DNA of 64,000 nt, taken from contig NC_087246.1 in the NCBI RefSeq assembly GCF_037042905.1, positions 48,546,001 to 48,610,000 on the forward strand, written 5' to 3'. The stretch's first letter is position 1, and the number at the start of each line of letters is the position of its first letter. The notes below the pieces were generated by a model, which worked only from the letters and a program-made list of their open reading frames with translations, had not been told where the DNA came from and made no database searches. Position numbers and translations under genes: made by a program. Source of the stretch: Lytechinus pictus (Eukaryota). This document shows, one piece after another, positions 1-12,666 of this stretch.

Positions 1-13
1 TGAGAACATTTAA

Positions 14-610
14 AGGGATTCTCCAGGCTACAAATATTTATATCTAAATAAATAGAGTAAAATTCACAGAGCAAATGCTGAAAATTTCATCAAAATCAGA
101 CAACAAATAACAAAGTTGAATTTTAAAGTTTAGCAATATTTTGTGAAAACAGTTATATGCACGTCGTCATGAATATCCAATAGGTGGGCTTATGATGTCA
201 CATCCCCACATTCCCTTTTCCTATGTTATTACATGAAATCATAATTGTTTCATTTTTTTCATACATGTGTAAATGATATGTCGCATTATGATAAAATAAG
301 TGCTCAATAAATAACTAATGCACTTAATCAGTTGTCAATCCAATTGTTTTAGTTCTTGGTAGAATCTTTTTTTAATAAACTTAATTTCATATAATAAAAC
401 ACAAAGGACTAGTGGGGATATGACATCATTAGCCCACTTAATGAATATTCATGAGACATGCCTAGAACTGTTTCACCGGAATAGTGCAAATATTTAAAAT
501 TCAAGAACTTTGTTATTTGTTATCCGACTTTGATCAAATTTTCAGCATTTTGCTCTGTGAATTTTACTCTATTTATTGAAATATAAATATCTTCAGCCTG
601 GAGCATCCCT
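14..610. mobile_element. Non-autonomous Kolobok-like foldback MITE, TTAA TSD
   Basis: TTAA at 10-13 and 611-614. TIR agggattctccaggct / agcctggagcatccct (1 mismatch). Long internal inverted arms. Confidence 0.85.
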
Positions 611-2058
611 TTAAATCATGATCATGTATATTCACAAACTGCTACAGAAACGATCTAGGCCTACGAGCCAAACACAAATTTTATTATGAAATAAAGTAGT
701 ACACATAAGATTCATTTCAAAGGTAATCCGTAATGTTGTCATGATGTGACCAGTAGGACCAGTAAAAAGAGGAATAATTCTGTTTTTTTTTTTTCTTCGC
801 CCAACTGGTACATCAATACCTTTAAAGAAATGAATTCCAAGTCTATTAGTTTCTATATCATGGTAAAAATATCACAATTTTTTTTCATTGAATCAAAAAA
901 AAAATTCAGCTTTAATTCTAATGAAAAGTAATATGCACGCGAACAGTTGCACATTCACGTCCAATGGGTGCACCTGCCAATCCAATAGGGGAGGATCCCG
1001 TTCTTTTTGCACACCGTGAAAATCCCTCTACTCTACGACACGCAGCTCCCCTCACTCGAAGTGGTATCGTCCCGTGTTGCAAACACCACTTCAGACTTGT
1101 CATGTGGGAGACGCATGCTCGTTAGACTGGCATGAAGCAGCCAGCCAATGAGGCGAGGCCTGAGCGTGCCGTGACCTCCAACCACTGCACAATCCCTAAT
1201 ACGTTACTGCACACAGCTAGCTAGCTGGCTTATGTTTTTTTTATGGCAGTGTGGGCTGTGCATTACATGTACGTGTATAAGGCCTGACTGACTGCTGATA
1301 TGCATTCAACTCAGCAAACCATGCAAACAGGAAGAGGGTGCCGTGTGAGGCCAACTGGAAATATTTGCTGACGATTATAGAAGGGGCAAAAGAGTCACAC
1401 AAGTTTATCTTGGTGCAGTATGATAATATTCATGACGTACACTAAAATACAACTAAAATACTGAACTGGTAAACACTATCTGCATGCAAACTTATCAAAA
1501 TTCCTGTGTATAGTATGTGAAGGAAAGAAAAGTTCAACTAATTACACTAAACTTCAATAAATATGATTCTTTCAAGGTATCGGCATTCAAAAGTTCTAGA
1601 TATTCATATTTGATTAATCCAACGTGGAAGTGCACATTTGCCGCTAAGTATCGCTTATTATTACTTTAAAAAGTAATATCTTATGCTGTAGTGTATTTCT
1701 CTCAATAGTAATTACGTACAAGAGTAAATTAGGCCTATATCTACCATTTGTCTTCTACAAAGTTTTCAAGCATTAGAAGCTCAAAACTCAAAATAAAATT
1801 TTAAAAAGTCATGAGCTTTATATCAATTGAATGTAAATTGTAAGTTCTACCAATCAATCTGAAATAATAATTGTCACTCAAGATGAAACAAAATATCTGC
1901 CGTAAAGTTTGATGAATTATCCAATTAGACTGCATTGAATGGTCAGTTATTGCAGGGTTATTCTGGACAAAACTTTTGCTTAATAATTCAAAAATAAATG
2001 ATTCATTCAATAGTTGTTGAAAAGATATGAAAATCTTGTTAAAATGCATACAATTCAC

Positions 2059-2208
2059 CTGAAAATATTTCATTTTGATATGTTCAACAACTTGACTTGT
2101 CAACAGGAGAAGGCAAACTAATAAACCTAAGCCCGACAAAAAGATTGTTGGAAAAATGAATTTCTGATAAAGTCCTTGACCTTTTTTATTCCTTTCATAA
2201 CTGTCCAT
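2059..2208 (-). CDS. First coding exon (50 aa) of an unidentified type II membrane/signal-anchor protein; gene continues off the left of the window or in exons not recognised
   Basis: MDSYERNKKGQGLYQKFIFPTIFLSGLGLLVCLLLLTSQVVEHIKMKYFQ: basic N-terminus then a hydrophobic stretch. Ends at donor CAG|GTGAAT (phase 0). Exon starts at a pyrimidine-rich acceptor ...attaccag|G at 2399. In-frame stop upstream of the ATG. Confidence 0.5.
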
Positions 2209-2919
2209 TAGACATGCAATGACTGTTCATATCACAATATCATAGCACAACGGTAGTCACAAAGGTCAACGAACAAACGTTCAACTAAACTGACGACTCC
2301 TGATTTCCCAATTATTGAGGAATTCGTCTCAAAAAGTTGATCATATTGATTCCACTGATCCGTACTAAGCCATCTTCGTATATACGTAATAATGATTTCC
2401 TGGTAATGATTGAATTTGAATGAAAGAAGGGAGTGAATAGAATTACATGATGAAAATGACTGATTATTATGAGAGATTTTGCAAGACTCTATAAAAGCGA
2501 ATCACACAGAATCTATTTGTCGAGTTCAATATTTCTTTTATCTGGAGCATATGTCAAGCATATTCTCTCTTTATAAGATACTATGAAATGGAGGATTATT
2601 TTGAGTAACAAAAATTTCAAGAATTAAAAAAAAAAGAGAGATTCACAGACAAGGGGGATAACTTTGTGCTTGAATGTGGAGGCAGGGGGGGAGTCATGCT
2701 TTAATAAATTAACGGCAATGTGAAATACAAATAAACATCCATCAAATATGGATGGGATGGGAAGCCAAGGCGTAAGCAGCTACCCCCTCCCGAAACCGGG
2801 TCAATCACTGCCATTTGCATGCAAAAGGAATTAGCAACTTTGTCCATGACTCAAAATCAAAATTACCTTTTGCTTATATCCTGTTGCATATTCATTTTGG
2901 AAACCTACAGATTGTCTAA

Positions 2920-3772
2920 GGGTGTGTTTATGCTTCCATTGCAGAGACTGAATCAGCGTTTTCAAACATCGTTTTAGAACGCCGATCCCAAATGTGGTTC
3001 TGGTAACTTCTGGGAGTGCTGTTTGATGCTTTGATTTTTCAGAGGCGAAATAACAGCTGGCTTCGCATGGTAATTTTCATTGAGCAGGAAAGCAAGGTCA
3101 AATCGGGCACGCCCTTTTTCGAAAGTTTTTTTTCCGAGTGTTGTTATGGTCGACTATTATTTTAACTTCAAACAATTTCTGATCTTTTATTAATTGCATG
3201 GAGCTACTTGACATATCCATAGAACTTCCACCATGGTCACTTTTGGTGAGGATAGATGGATAATAGTAAGACAAAATTAAACAAAAGAAAATAATGAGAC
3301 ATCATTTTGTTTATGCCAATATTGCTTCTGGCTCAGCGATGTCTCCTCAACATAACTCAAGTTCCATTTTTCTTTAATCCCTCAACATTCATCGTGATGA
3401 CAAATTAGAGGGGTGGTAATAGTTATAATACTCAATTTTTGTAATCACACACGCAAATGTACATTGTTCATTATTAGAACCAGGGAGTTGAGAGGTGATT
3501 CCTTGGAGGTAACTCCCTGTTAGAACCATGCAACTGTATCGGCCAGTGGATTTTCATTTCACCGGAAGCATGTACCAAATGACGTCATTTAAACACGTTT
3601 ACGATCGTGGTCCTGTTTATACTTCCCCAGGAACCCTGATTCTATTCAAACAACGTTTTGAAATGCTTGAAAGTTTATGATCGGCATTCTGAAATGGATG
3701 GAACCATGTTTTGGACTAATCATGTATAAAAATGCTGATTCTGGCCTGAAAAGTGGAAGCATAAACACACCC
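2920..3772. mobile_element. PIF/Harbinger-type MITE, TAA TSD
   Basis: TIR gggtgtgtttatgcttcca / tggaagcataaacacaccc flanked by TAA at 2917-2919 and 3773-3775. Confidence 0.85.
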
Positions 3773-6245
3773 TAAGCTTCAAAGTGGTCATTCATATCAT
3801 AAAGTGAATTAATTGGGTACCATCAATAAAATTGAGAACTCTCACATAGACATAGGCATTCTTAAAAATCAAATTAAAGGCATGGAACAAGTTACCTTGT
3901 GTGAAAGCAGAAAAAATGAAAGAATAAGATCCAAGACAGTTTGAATAAAATTAAATAAACAATAAGAAAGTTATGAGCAATCCTCCTATTGACAATGCAA
4001 ACAAGATCTGTGATGTCATATGTACATGTAAAACTCTCCTGTTTGGACATTGAAAATATACCACAATGACATCTCTCTTTGCTCATTCGAATGATTGGAC
4101 AAGCCGTTAATCCATGATAAAGTATTGTAGAACCTGTATTACATGTCTTCTAAAGAAAACAGAACACCTGATATTGCAATAAACTACATGTACCGGGTAA
4201 ATTAAAAGAGAAATTTAAGATAATTGGAAAGTTGTGGAAGTGTGACATTACAGAATTTGGTTGCATTGCCAAGGAATGATCTACATACATACCATGTAGT
4301 GATCTCAATATTCAAATGTTTAAATTTCCCCAGATTTGCATTATACTTTTTCTTTGATTTTTCTATTTTATGTGAATCTTGTCTCCTGGTTTCCATGGTT
4401 TCATTCTCCTTTAATGGGAACGCTCGATGTGGTCATATCTACCTCACATGTGAAGTGGTTTTCAAGACCACTTTGCCTCGTTAAACTGGTTTAAGCATAC
4501 ATGAAAATAAGGACACAACCCATCTTTGGGAGGCAATCTTTGCCCGGAAAAAAGTGTTGTATGTGCAAGCTTGGTGCACTACTTGGTACATACTGTACAG
4601 CGTCTGCAAAATACAGCGGCTGCATACATATTATACTGCACTCACTCCAGAGGGCCAGCCAAATGTATTGCTGTACACCAAATTATTTCCAAACACCCCC
4701 TAAACACGTTTTTCTCTGTGTGCAAAATAACCCCCTTAAACAAGTTTTTCAAGGGCTTCATTTTCACATTTCGGCCCCTAAAAAAGTTGTCGCCGAATAT
4801 GATAATGACCCTTTACAAGTTTTGTCTACTTGCTAACAATAAGAATACACAAAACTTTATTCATGGGTATTGCATGCCACAAGTGCAGTTACTACAGAGG
4901 AATACAATGTTAACACTAAAGTGTCATCCAAAATTTGATCATCAGGTTATAAGTAAAAAGCCCCGGAAAAAAGCTTGCGGAAAAAAGCTTGGGGAAAAAA
5001 TATATCCTAAACAAGTTTGGCTGGTCTTTACAAAGATAGCTATGGAAAAAAAAACTTATCCCATGTTTGACCACTCACCAGTCTTTCAAAACCACCCTTT
5101 TTTTGAAAATCAGTGTTTTTATACCCATTACGAGTGCATGCGCGGCCTGTGTCCAAAACTGAAAACACCCCTTTAAACGTGTTTTTTCGGTCACGCATGT
5201 ATAAAGCAATATATTTGACACCCCCGGGGCATACAGCAGTACTGTACTAGATGATGAGCCACAATAACTACACTCACATTACAGTTTTAAATTTTGCATG
5301 AAACATTTGACTCCTCTGAGAGCATTCCCATACCAACAAGATCACTTTACTATTCAAACTAGTTTTGGAAACGGGTTTAATAGGAGACTGTGCTCACAAT
5401 GCAATCTTCTTTACTGGTTTAAGGTAAACCAGTTCAGGAAAGTAGATGAGTACAGGGTCATACATGTACATGCGTTCACCTGGACACTCTCAGGCACAAT
5501 ATATAGAGAACTCTAGTTTTCACCTTTTCAGACACTTTGACAATTTCCAAAAAGTATAAAAACATTAAGGTATTGTTGATTATAGACCAGAAAAAGAAAT
5601 TTTAGGTCTATATCTCTCCGTCAATAGTAAATTAATTTATTCTTTTTAAAACTCTGATATTTCATTTATTATCGTATAGAATACAATATTTCATGCTTGC
5701 ACTACAGACTAGAATAATATTGCTAAAATAATTTCTGTACAAATCCAATTAAAATCAAATTTTCAGTCAAATTCATGAACATTATTGTAACAATTTATTC
5801 TTTAATTAAATGATTATTATCTTTCAATGATAGAAATAACTAATTTCATGCTGGTCACTAGAGAAACCTACCGGTCTACAGTGCCTGTTTGATGCTGCAG
5901 GTCGGTGGACTGATGAAATACAGAAATAAATTTTAAAAATTCAGAGTCAAAGACTTTTAATAGGGATTATCAAATTTAAGAACCAAATTTCCTAAAAATT
6001 TTCATATAATATTATCAAATAAGTGGGATAATACAAATATTACCAAGCAGTACTTCTCAATTTTATTTCTCAATTTATCAGCCTACAATGTTACAATATC
6101 ATTGCATAATTTGCACTGCTACATACGTGTATATTTGTTTGTTTACAACTAGTATGATTCTTCGCTTCTTGCTTCAAGATGGTGCAATGTAACTCCAGCG
6201 TTCAAATGGAGTAATTACAAGTTGTCACATACAAAATAAATAAGA

Positions 6246-6663
6246 GGCTGTTAAACCGATTCAGGATCAGGAAACCAGTTTGGAAGATTGCTTGGCTATC
6301 GTTCCCACTTGATTACACAAAAGTGGTTTTCAAAATCACTTCACGTAAAGCAATCTTGTTGCTATGGAAATGCTCTCAGTGGGGTGACATGTTTCGCGCG
6401 AAATTCTAAACCGCAGCGTAGGCATTCTACATCTGTCGTGTGGAGTAGCGCGCTCAAAATGTGCGAAGATCGCTCCCCGAAGAATGGTTGTGTCCTCACT
6501 AAAACCAGTTTAACGAGGCAAAGCGATCTTGAAAACTACATCGTGAGGTGGTTTTCTGAACCGGTCTGGAAGATCGCTTCCAAGATCGCTTCGACCGTTC
6601 TCACTACACGTTAAAATAGTTTCCAGTAAACTAGTTTTAGGAAGGTAGTGAGAAAGGTGTCTT
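6246..6663. mobile_element. Harbinger-like MITE copy; uninterrupted sister of the element at 9905-12197
   Basis: 6420-6655 is near-identical to 9907-10122 joined to 12162-12190. Further fragments at about 4440-4495 and 8670-8710. Confidence 0.65.
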
Positions 6664-6862
6664 AGGCTTTGCCCATACACAACGCAAAGTATTTTTAAAG
6701 CTTTTTACACTGGATTTTCTTAACCTGTAGTATCGCGAGCTCCATACTACCGTAATTTTTTTCCTTTTTACACACAGAAAATTTTCAGCCTAACCCCTGC
6801 TACAGAAATGCTTTTCTCAAAAATAATGTAGCAATCCCTGCCTAGTGGTAGCCATTCATGAG

Positions 6863-6976
6863 CAGTGGCGGACCGTGACCCGGAGGAGACAAAGCATTGG
6901 AGGGGCACAGCATTGTTCACAAACAATACAGTGCCCCTCCAATCAATTGTCTCCTCCGGGTCACGGTCCACCACTG
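6863..6976. mobile_element. 114-bp hairpin hAT-type MITE, 8-bp TSD TTCATGAG
   Basis: ttcatgag at 6855-6862 and 6977-6984. The element is almost entirely a palindrome (cagtggcggaccgtgacccggaggagacaa ... ttgtctcctccgggtcacggtccaccactg). Confidence 0.85.
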
Positions 6977-7576
6977 TTCATGAGTGCTAACTCTGATTGG
7001 GCAACAGTTGGACAACAGCGCTGGCTCTGTTGCCCCTGGGGCATACATCGACCACTGTCCTTGGCTTGGCCGGGTTTCTTTTTCGCTAGCCATCTTAACC
7101 CCGGAGTATAACTCTTGGCACCATAATTGCTCGGCTAACGTCAAATAATCCCGTAAAGGGTTAGCTCATTATGCAAAACACTGTGTAAAAAGAAAGTGGG
7201 CAAAGCTTCACCCCGCACTATAGGTGGGGCTAAATGACAATTCAGCCCCACCTGTAGTTATGGGTTTATTATTAAGGACGTTTTCGCGAGTGTATAAAGC
7301 ACAATACTCTACATAATCCTAACATTACGGCTTGATAAAATTGAAAATTGAGAAATCTTCCTCGGTAATCTTATTTCCACAAATCTTCTTAGTTGAATAA
7401 CGGTTTGAAATCTAATATCACGTTGAAAGGAAATTGAGTATTTAAACTGGAAATTTTTCAGTCTGTGGTGACACTGAATTCTTTATGTATACATCTACAT
7501 ACATGTACGTCCACTACTCTCCGCCGAAAAATCACTAACAGACACTAGCAAAATAAAAGTTATGACTCAGGCTTTA

Positions 7577-8383
7577 AACTAGCACATCAATGATGTGGAG
7601 CTCATCCGGCATCTCGCAACAAAATTGAACACAATTTTAATTTCAGCCCAGTTGACACTGTAGTGAATTATATTGGTGACATAAATTGAGGATATAGAAT
7701 TGAAATTGATGAAGAAATGACATAGAAGCATTTTTTGTGATCTATGAATAAATTTCATATAAATTAAGCACAAATAATTTTCTAGTCAAAATTTCTAAAC
7801 TCTGTGTAGAACCTTGGTGAACCTCATGTAGCTCTCAGATGGAACAAAAATAATCAAAATCATTCAACAAAGTATTAATAAGTATTTTTTGTGAGTTTTC
7901 AAAATATATGAACAAATTAGCATATTTAATGAGTTTCAAAATTCTGTGTTGAAATTTTGTATCTCCACCCCAAGCTATCATATAAAGCAAACAAAATTGA
8001 AATTGATCAACAAATGAAGAATTTTCTGTGATCTATGAATTTCGCATAAATAAGCATAAATAATTTTCTACTCCAAATTTAAAAATTCTGTGTAGAAGTT
8101 TGGTGAACCTCATGAAGCTATACCAGATAGAAGAAACAAAATCAAAATCTGTCAACAAATAAAGAAGCATTTTATGTGAATTTTTAAAACTGCGCATAAA
8201 TTAGCATATTAAGTGAGTTTCAAAATTCTGTGTAGAAGTTTTGAATCCCCCACCTAGTGCTATCATACAAAGCAAACAGAATTGAAATGGCGAAGAAGAA
8301 GCATTTTTAAATTGTGGACGGACGACAGACGATGGAAGCCACGCCATAAGCTCATCTGGCCCTTCGGGCCGGATGAGCTAAAA
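7577..8383. mobile_element. HINE/Helentron-like non-autonomous element with internal ~143-bp tandem array
   Basis: Subterminal IR agctcatccggc (7599-7610) matches the terminal hairpin agctcatctggcccttcgggccggatgagct (8349-8379). A gacg microsatellite precedes the hairpin. ctgtgt(a/t)gaa recurs at about 7803, 7944, 8088, 8228. Confidence 0.7.
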
Positions 8384-8957
8384 ATTGTTTCACAAGATGT
8401 TAAAATTGAGAGAATATAATACTATTAACAATAGAGCATGATCTCCAAATCTAGTCACAACATCTTTGCTCCACATGAGGCAAGTTTAATAGCTTTCTTG
8501 CACATCATGGTTCTTCAGTTAATATTGCTAAAACAGATATTTTCATTACCGGTAGTTCATATGTTAATAGGAAAGGTTAATCATTGGTCAGATATATATG
8601 CATTTCTCAACAGTCATGTTTGTGTAATTCAAAATACAGACCTGTACATGTATTAAAGTGCACTCTCTTGAACTAGTTTCCCTTAAACCAGTTTAGAAGA
8701 TTGCTTCGCTAGCAGCCACATCACCATAATATACCCCAAAAATGTGTAACTATTCACACATATCAATTTTCTTACAAGGACTGTATACACACCCCAATAT
8801 ACAGTGCACATGTACAGCCTTGAATATATTACTTACTTAACAGATTGTGAGGCAATGAATGCAACTACATGTATCACGGCAATTGATAAAAGCATATTTA
8901 TCTCCAGAGCATTCACTATTATTTTGGCCATTAACCTCAACACCTGAAGAGGTACTT

Positions 8958-9301
8958 CGGGGGGGGGGGGGGGGGCACTCAAATTATATTTTGATGGGGG
9001 TGTGCCTCACGAAACCCTGAAATGAGGGTCTAAGGAACTGACCACATAGGTAAAATACGGGGTCTTGGGAAATGAATGTACTGGCCGGTGAGAAAAACAG
9101 GGTCTACGGAACGGGATGCGTGCAGCTCTCGCATGTGGTGCTCGCGCTGGACAAATTTGACTGGGGTAGGGAGCTGAGGCTTCCGAACAGATCTTTTGTC
9201 CTTCGGAATATCTAGAGAACTGAAAATTAAATCTGAAAAGGGGGTCATCAAAGCGGCACGTCCCCCGTACCACCAATATGTGAGTGCCCTCCCCCCCCGG
9301 G
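8958..9301. mobile_element. G-string DNA element with 5-bp TSD (TACTT), inserted in the TIR of a Kolobok-like fragment
   Basis: cggg(n)cactca ... tgagtgccctcccccccccggg ends, tactt at 8953-8957 and 9302-9306. The flanks rejoin to a sequence homologous to the start of the 14-610 family. Confidence 0.7.
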
Positions 9302-10199
9302 TACTTCCGGCTGAAAATAATTTTATCTAAATACATATAGTAAAATCCAGAGCAAAAGTTCATCAAACTCTATGTGTAATGAAAAATAAAGTTATTTATT
9401 TTTCAAATGTAATATTTTGTGAAAATTGTTAAATGCATGCCATCATGAATATCCATTAGGTTGGGTGGTGATGTCATGTCCCCACTTTTGGTTTTCAGAA
9501 ATGTGTGCCAGATGCTAAGCCTTTGGAGAGCAACCTCGCGTTAGCAAATTATTAAACATGCAAGGGTGTGAATTCACCATCAGCAATGATCGCGGTCATC
9601 AACTTTGGATTTTGCAAAAACACAAACTCAATCCCTACCCAAATCTTTATAATCGTATGAATGAGTTGAAAGATCAACTTTCATCCTCCCAAAGTTTATG
9701 ATAAACTTTTCTCCAGAAATTGCGACATTTTAGTAGATAAAATGTTGTGAATTATGTTTAATATCAGATGCCACAAGATATCCTTCAACATTGCAAATTA
9801 TTTCAATAACCATTCTGATCAGGCAGTGACAAGTGAGTGGCACAGCAGTAAAACTAAAAAATGCATATACAAACTAACCAACGTCAGATCTTAATATTAT
9901 CTGTGAAATTCTACACCTGTTGTGTGGAGTAGCGTGCTCAAAATGTGCGAAAATCGCTCCCCGAAGAACGGTTGTGTCCTCACTTACGCTAAAACCAGTT
10001 TAACGAGGCAAAGCGATCTTGAAAACTACATCGCGAGGTGGTTTTCTGAACCGGTTTGGAAGATCGCTTCCAAGATTGCTTCGACCGTTCTCACTACATG
10101 TACATGTAAAACTAGTTTCCACCAGTAGAGGCGCCCGTCCAAAAATTGGGATTGTTCGAGAAAACAAGGATAACCTCATAAACCAAGACAAATCATGTC

Positions 10200-11814
10200 T
10201 AGGGACAGTGATTTTCCGCGATCGCGGAAAACGGACGGAATTCACGGAAAGGGCCTTTTCAAACGGAAAGTGGCATTTCAAACGGAAAATCACGGAAAAC
10301 GTATTTTCCCACAAAATACACAGAATAGCAACAGAAATTACTCCAAAATCACAACAAAATGAGAATATTAAATGGCCACAAAACCCCAGAAAACATGATC
10401 TCACTTCGCTACTATCATGACAATTCACACATCGTGACTGCACTCGACATCAGCACACTCAATTGTACCCCGCACCCGGTACCGTACCCGGCCGACCGGC
10501 CGGGTTGGGCTTCACATGCACACATCGTTCAACTACACGGTCGTGTGTTGCTGCCCTCTACGTTTTGAAGATGTAACAGCACGATATCGTGGTCTTAAAT
10601 CCAAGATGGCGGATTGGCAAAAGCCGTTGACTGATGATAACGATGTCCAAAAAACCCCAAAATTATCTATGAAATATCATTTCACCGTGAAATAACGCTA
10701 ATAATGTGAAAGGTGAGGACGTATGCATGCTATATGTGTTTTTTTTTTTTTAATTACGCACCCGCATCGATCCGATTAGAACGGATTCTATCGTGTTGTT
10801 GGTACAGTAGCAGTAGGGACAGTGATTTTCCGCGATCGCGGAAAACGGACGGAATTCACGGAAAGGGCCTTTTCAAACGGAAAGTGGCATTTCAAACGGA
10901 AAATCACGGAAAACGTATTTTCCCTCAAAATACACAGAATAGCAACATAAATTACTCCAAAATCACAGCAAAATGAGAATGTTAAATGGCAAAAAAAAAA
11001 CAGAAAACACGATCTCACTTCGCTACTATCATGACAATTCACACATCGTGACTGCACTCGACATCAGCACACTCGTTTGTACCCCGTACCGTACCCGTAC
11101 CCGGCCGGCCGGGTTGGGCTTCACATGCACACATATCGTTCAACCACATGTACACGGTCGTGTGTTGCTGCCCTCTACGTTTGAAGATGTAACAGCACGA
11201 TATCGTGGTCTTAAAATCCAAGATGGCGGATTGGGGAAAAGCCGTTGACTGATGATAACGATGTCCAAAAACCCCCAAAATTATCGATGAAATATCATTT
11301 CACCGTGAAATAATGCTAATAATATGAAAGGTGAGGATGTATGCATCCAAAATGGGTGTGTAAAAATATTTTATGCACCCGCATAGATCCGATTAGAACG
11401 GATTTTATTGTGTTGTTGGTACAGTAGCAGATACGAATTTTGACCAGTGCGAGTGTGCGTGTTGTGATTTTGCTATTCAATGTGTAAACGGAATTGTCAC
11501 TTTTCCGTGTGTACAAAGTCTATGGGGAAACGGAATTTTCGTTTTCTGACATGCTGAAACGGAATTTGAGATTTTCTGAAACGGAAAAGGCAATTTTTTG
11601 AAACGGAAAATCACTGTCCCTATAGCAGATACAAATTTTGACCAGTGTACGTGTTGTGATTTTGCTATTCAATGTGTAAACGGAATCGTCACTTTTCCGT
11701 GTGTACAAAGTCTATGGGGAAACGGAATTTCCGTTTTATGACATGCTGAAACGGAATTTGAGATTTTCTGAAACGGAAAAGGCAATTTTTTCAAACGGAA
11801 AATCACTGTCCCTG
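10200..11814 (+). mobile_element. ~800-bp hAT-like MITE (outer copy), 6-bp TSD CATGTC
   Basis: TIR tagggacagtgattttccg / cggaaaatcactgtccctg, with catgtc at 10194-10199 and 11815-11820. Subterminal acggaa repeats. Confidence 0.85.
10814..11622 (+). mobile_element. Second copy of the same MITE inserted into the first, 6-bp TSD TAGCAG
   Basis: tagcag at 10808-10813 and 11623-11628. The intact target site ggtacagtagcagatac is visible in the inner copy at about 11418-11434. Confidence 0.9.
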
Positions 11815-12666
11815 CATGTCTTGAATCTTGAGATTATCCTTGTTTTGGGGGACAGTTTTTCTTCACTTACCCCTGCGGGACATGGTAGGAATTGAGAGTG
11901 CTAAAAATAGATTCAGTGACCTCTATTCCCCCAGTTCACTGTGTATTTTTCACGACTTGCCGTCTTCCAATAATCTTGTTATGAAACCTGATGTTGACAT
12001 TGACTAACATTAGCGCACTCGATTGATGTCGGCACTTGACAGGTGTATGAACTTTCCTAGATTTCCTGTGTGGATAAATCATTGAAAACTGAGACATTTT
12101 CTGTGGCTGTATTGTATAATGGGATGATCCAAATTTGCTGACCGGCGCCTCTACTGTCCACTAAACTAGTTTTAGGAAGGTAGTGAGAACTAGCCTTGAG
12201 GACTCCATGATGATATTTTTTAATATTTTGACATATACTTCTTCATCATGGAGCCTTGAACCGCCTCCCATGTATAAGAGACACATTAAAACAAAGATGG
12301 ATTTCCCTAGGAAATCCATCTTTGTAGATACTACTAATTACTAGATAGAAATCACGTAAATGTTTGTGATTTTATTTATTTTTACACCTTCATACGCCTA
12401 AAGCGTATGAAGGTTAAAAAAATTGGTGAATAAAAAGGTGAAAAATTGAAGGTTTCTTACCAGACCGATCTCGTGTAGATCCCTCGATCTGTTTGTCAAC
12501 AAAGCAAATACAATAGGCTTGACCCTTGAACCGCTTCGTTATGACGTATGGTAGTGGATCGTATTACCGAACACTTTTCATGAATTCAATCATATAAAAC
12601 ACGTTATTCTCATAAAATTCACCAAACTTTTAACATAAATACACAATTACCTACAAAATATAAATA

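Larger units (their letters stand above)
10123..12156. mobile_element. Non-autonomous DNA transposon, TIR CAGTAGAGGCGCC, 5-bp TSD TCCAC
   Basis: cagtagaggcgcc / ggcgcctctactg, with tccac at 10118-10122 and 12157-12161. The empty site is confirmed by the sister copy near 6620. Confidence 0.85.

Noticed and set aside
3892-4396. Possible extra minus-strand coding exons (3896-4149 and 4293 upward) joining the 2399 exon
   Set aside because: Phases between the candidates are inconsistent or hit stops, the region looks like a pyrimidine tract, and the peptide resembles nothing I recognise.
4501-5176. 216-aa and 111-aa ORFs
   Set aside because: They lie within a non-autonomous repeat ending in cccccggg; no domain or splice support.
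10000-11895. Cluster of duplicated ORFs
   Set aside because: Chance frames inside the two nested MITE copies; no transposase motifs.
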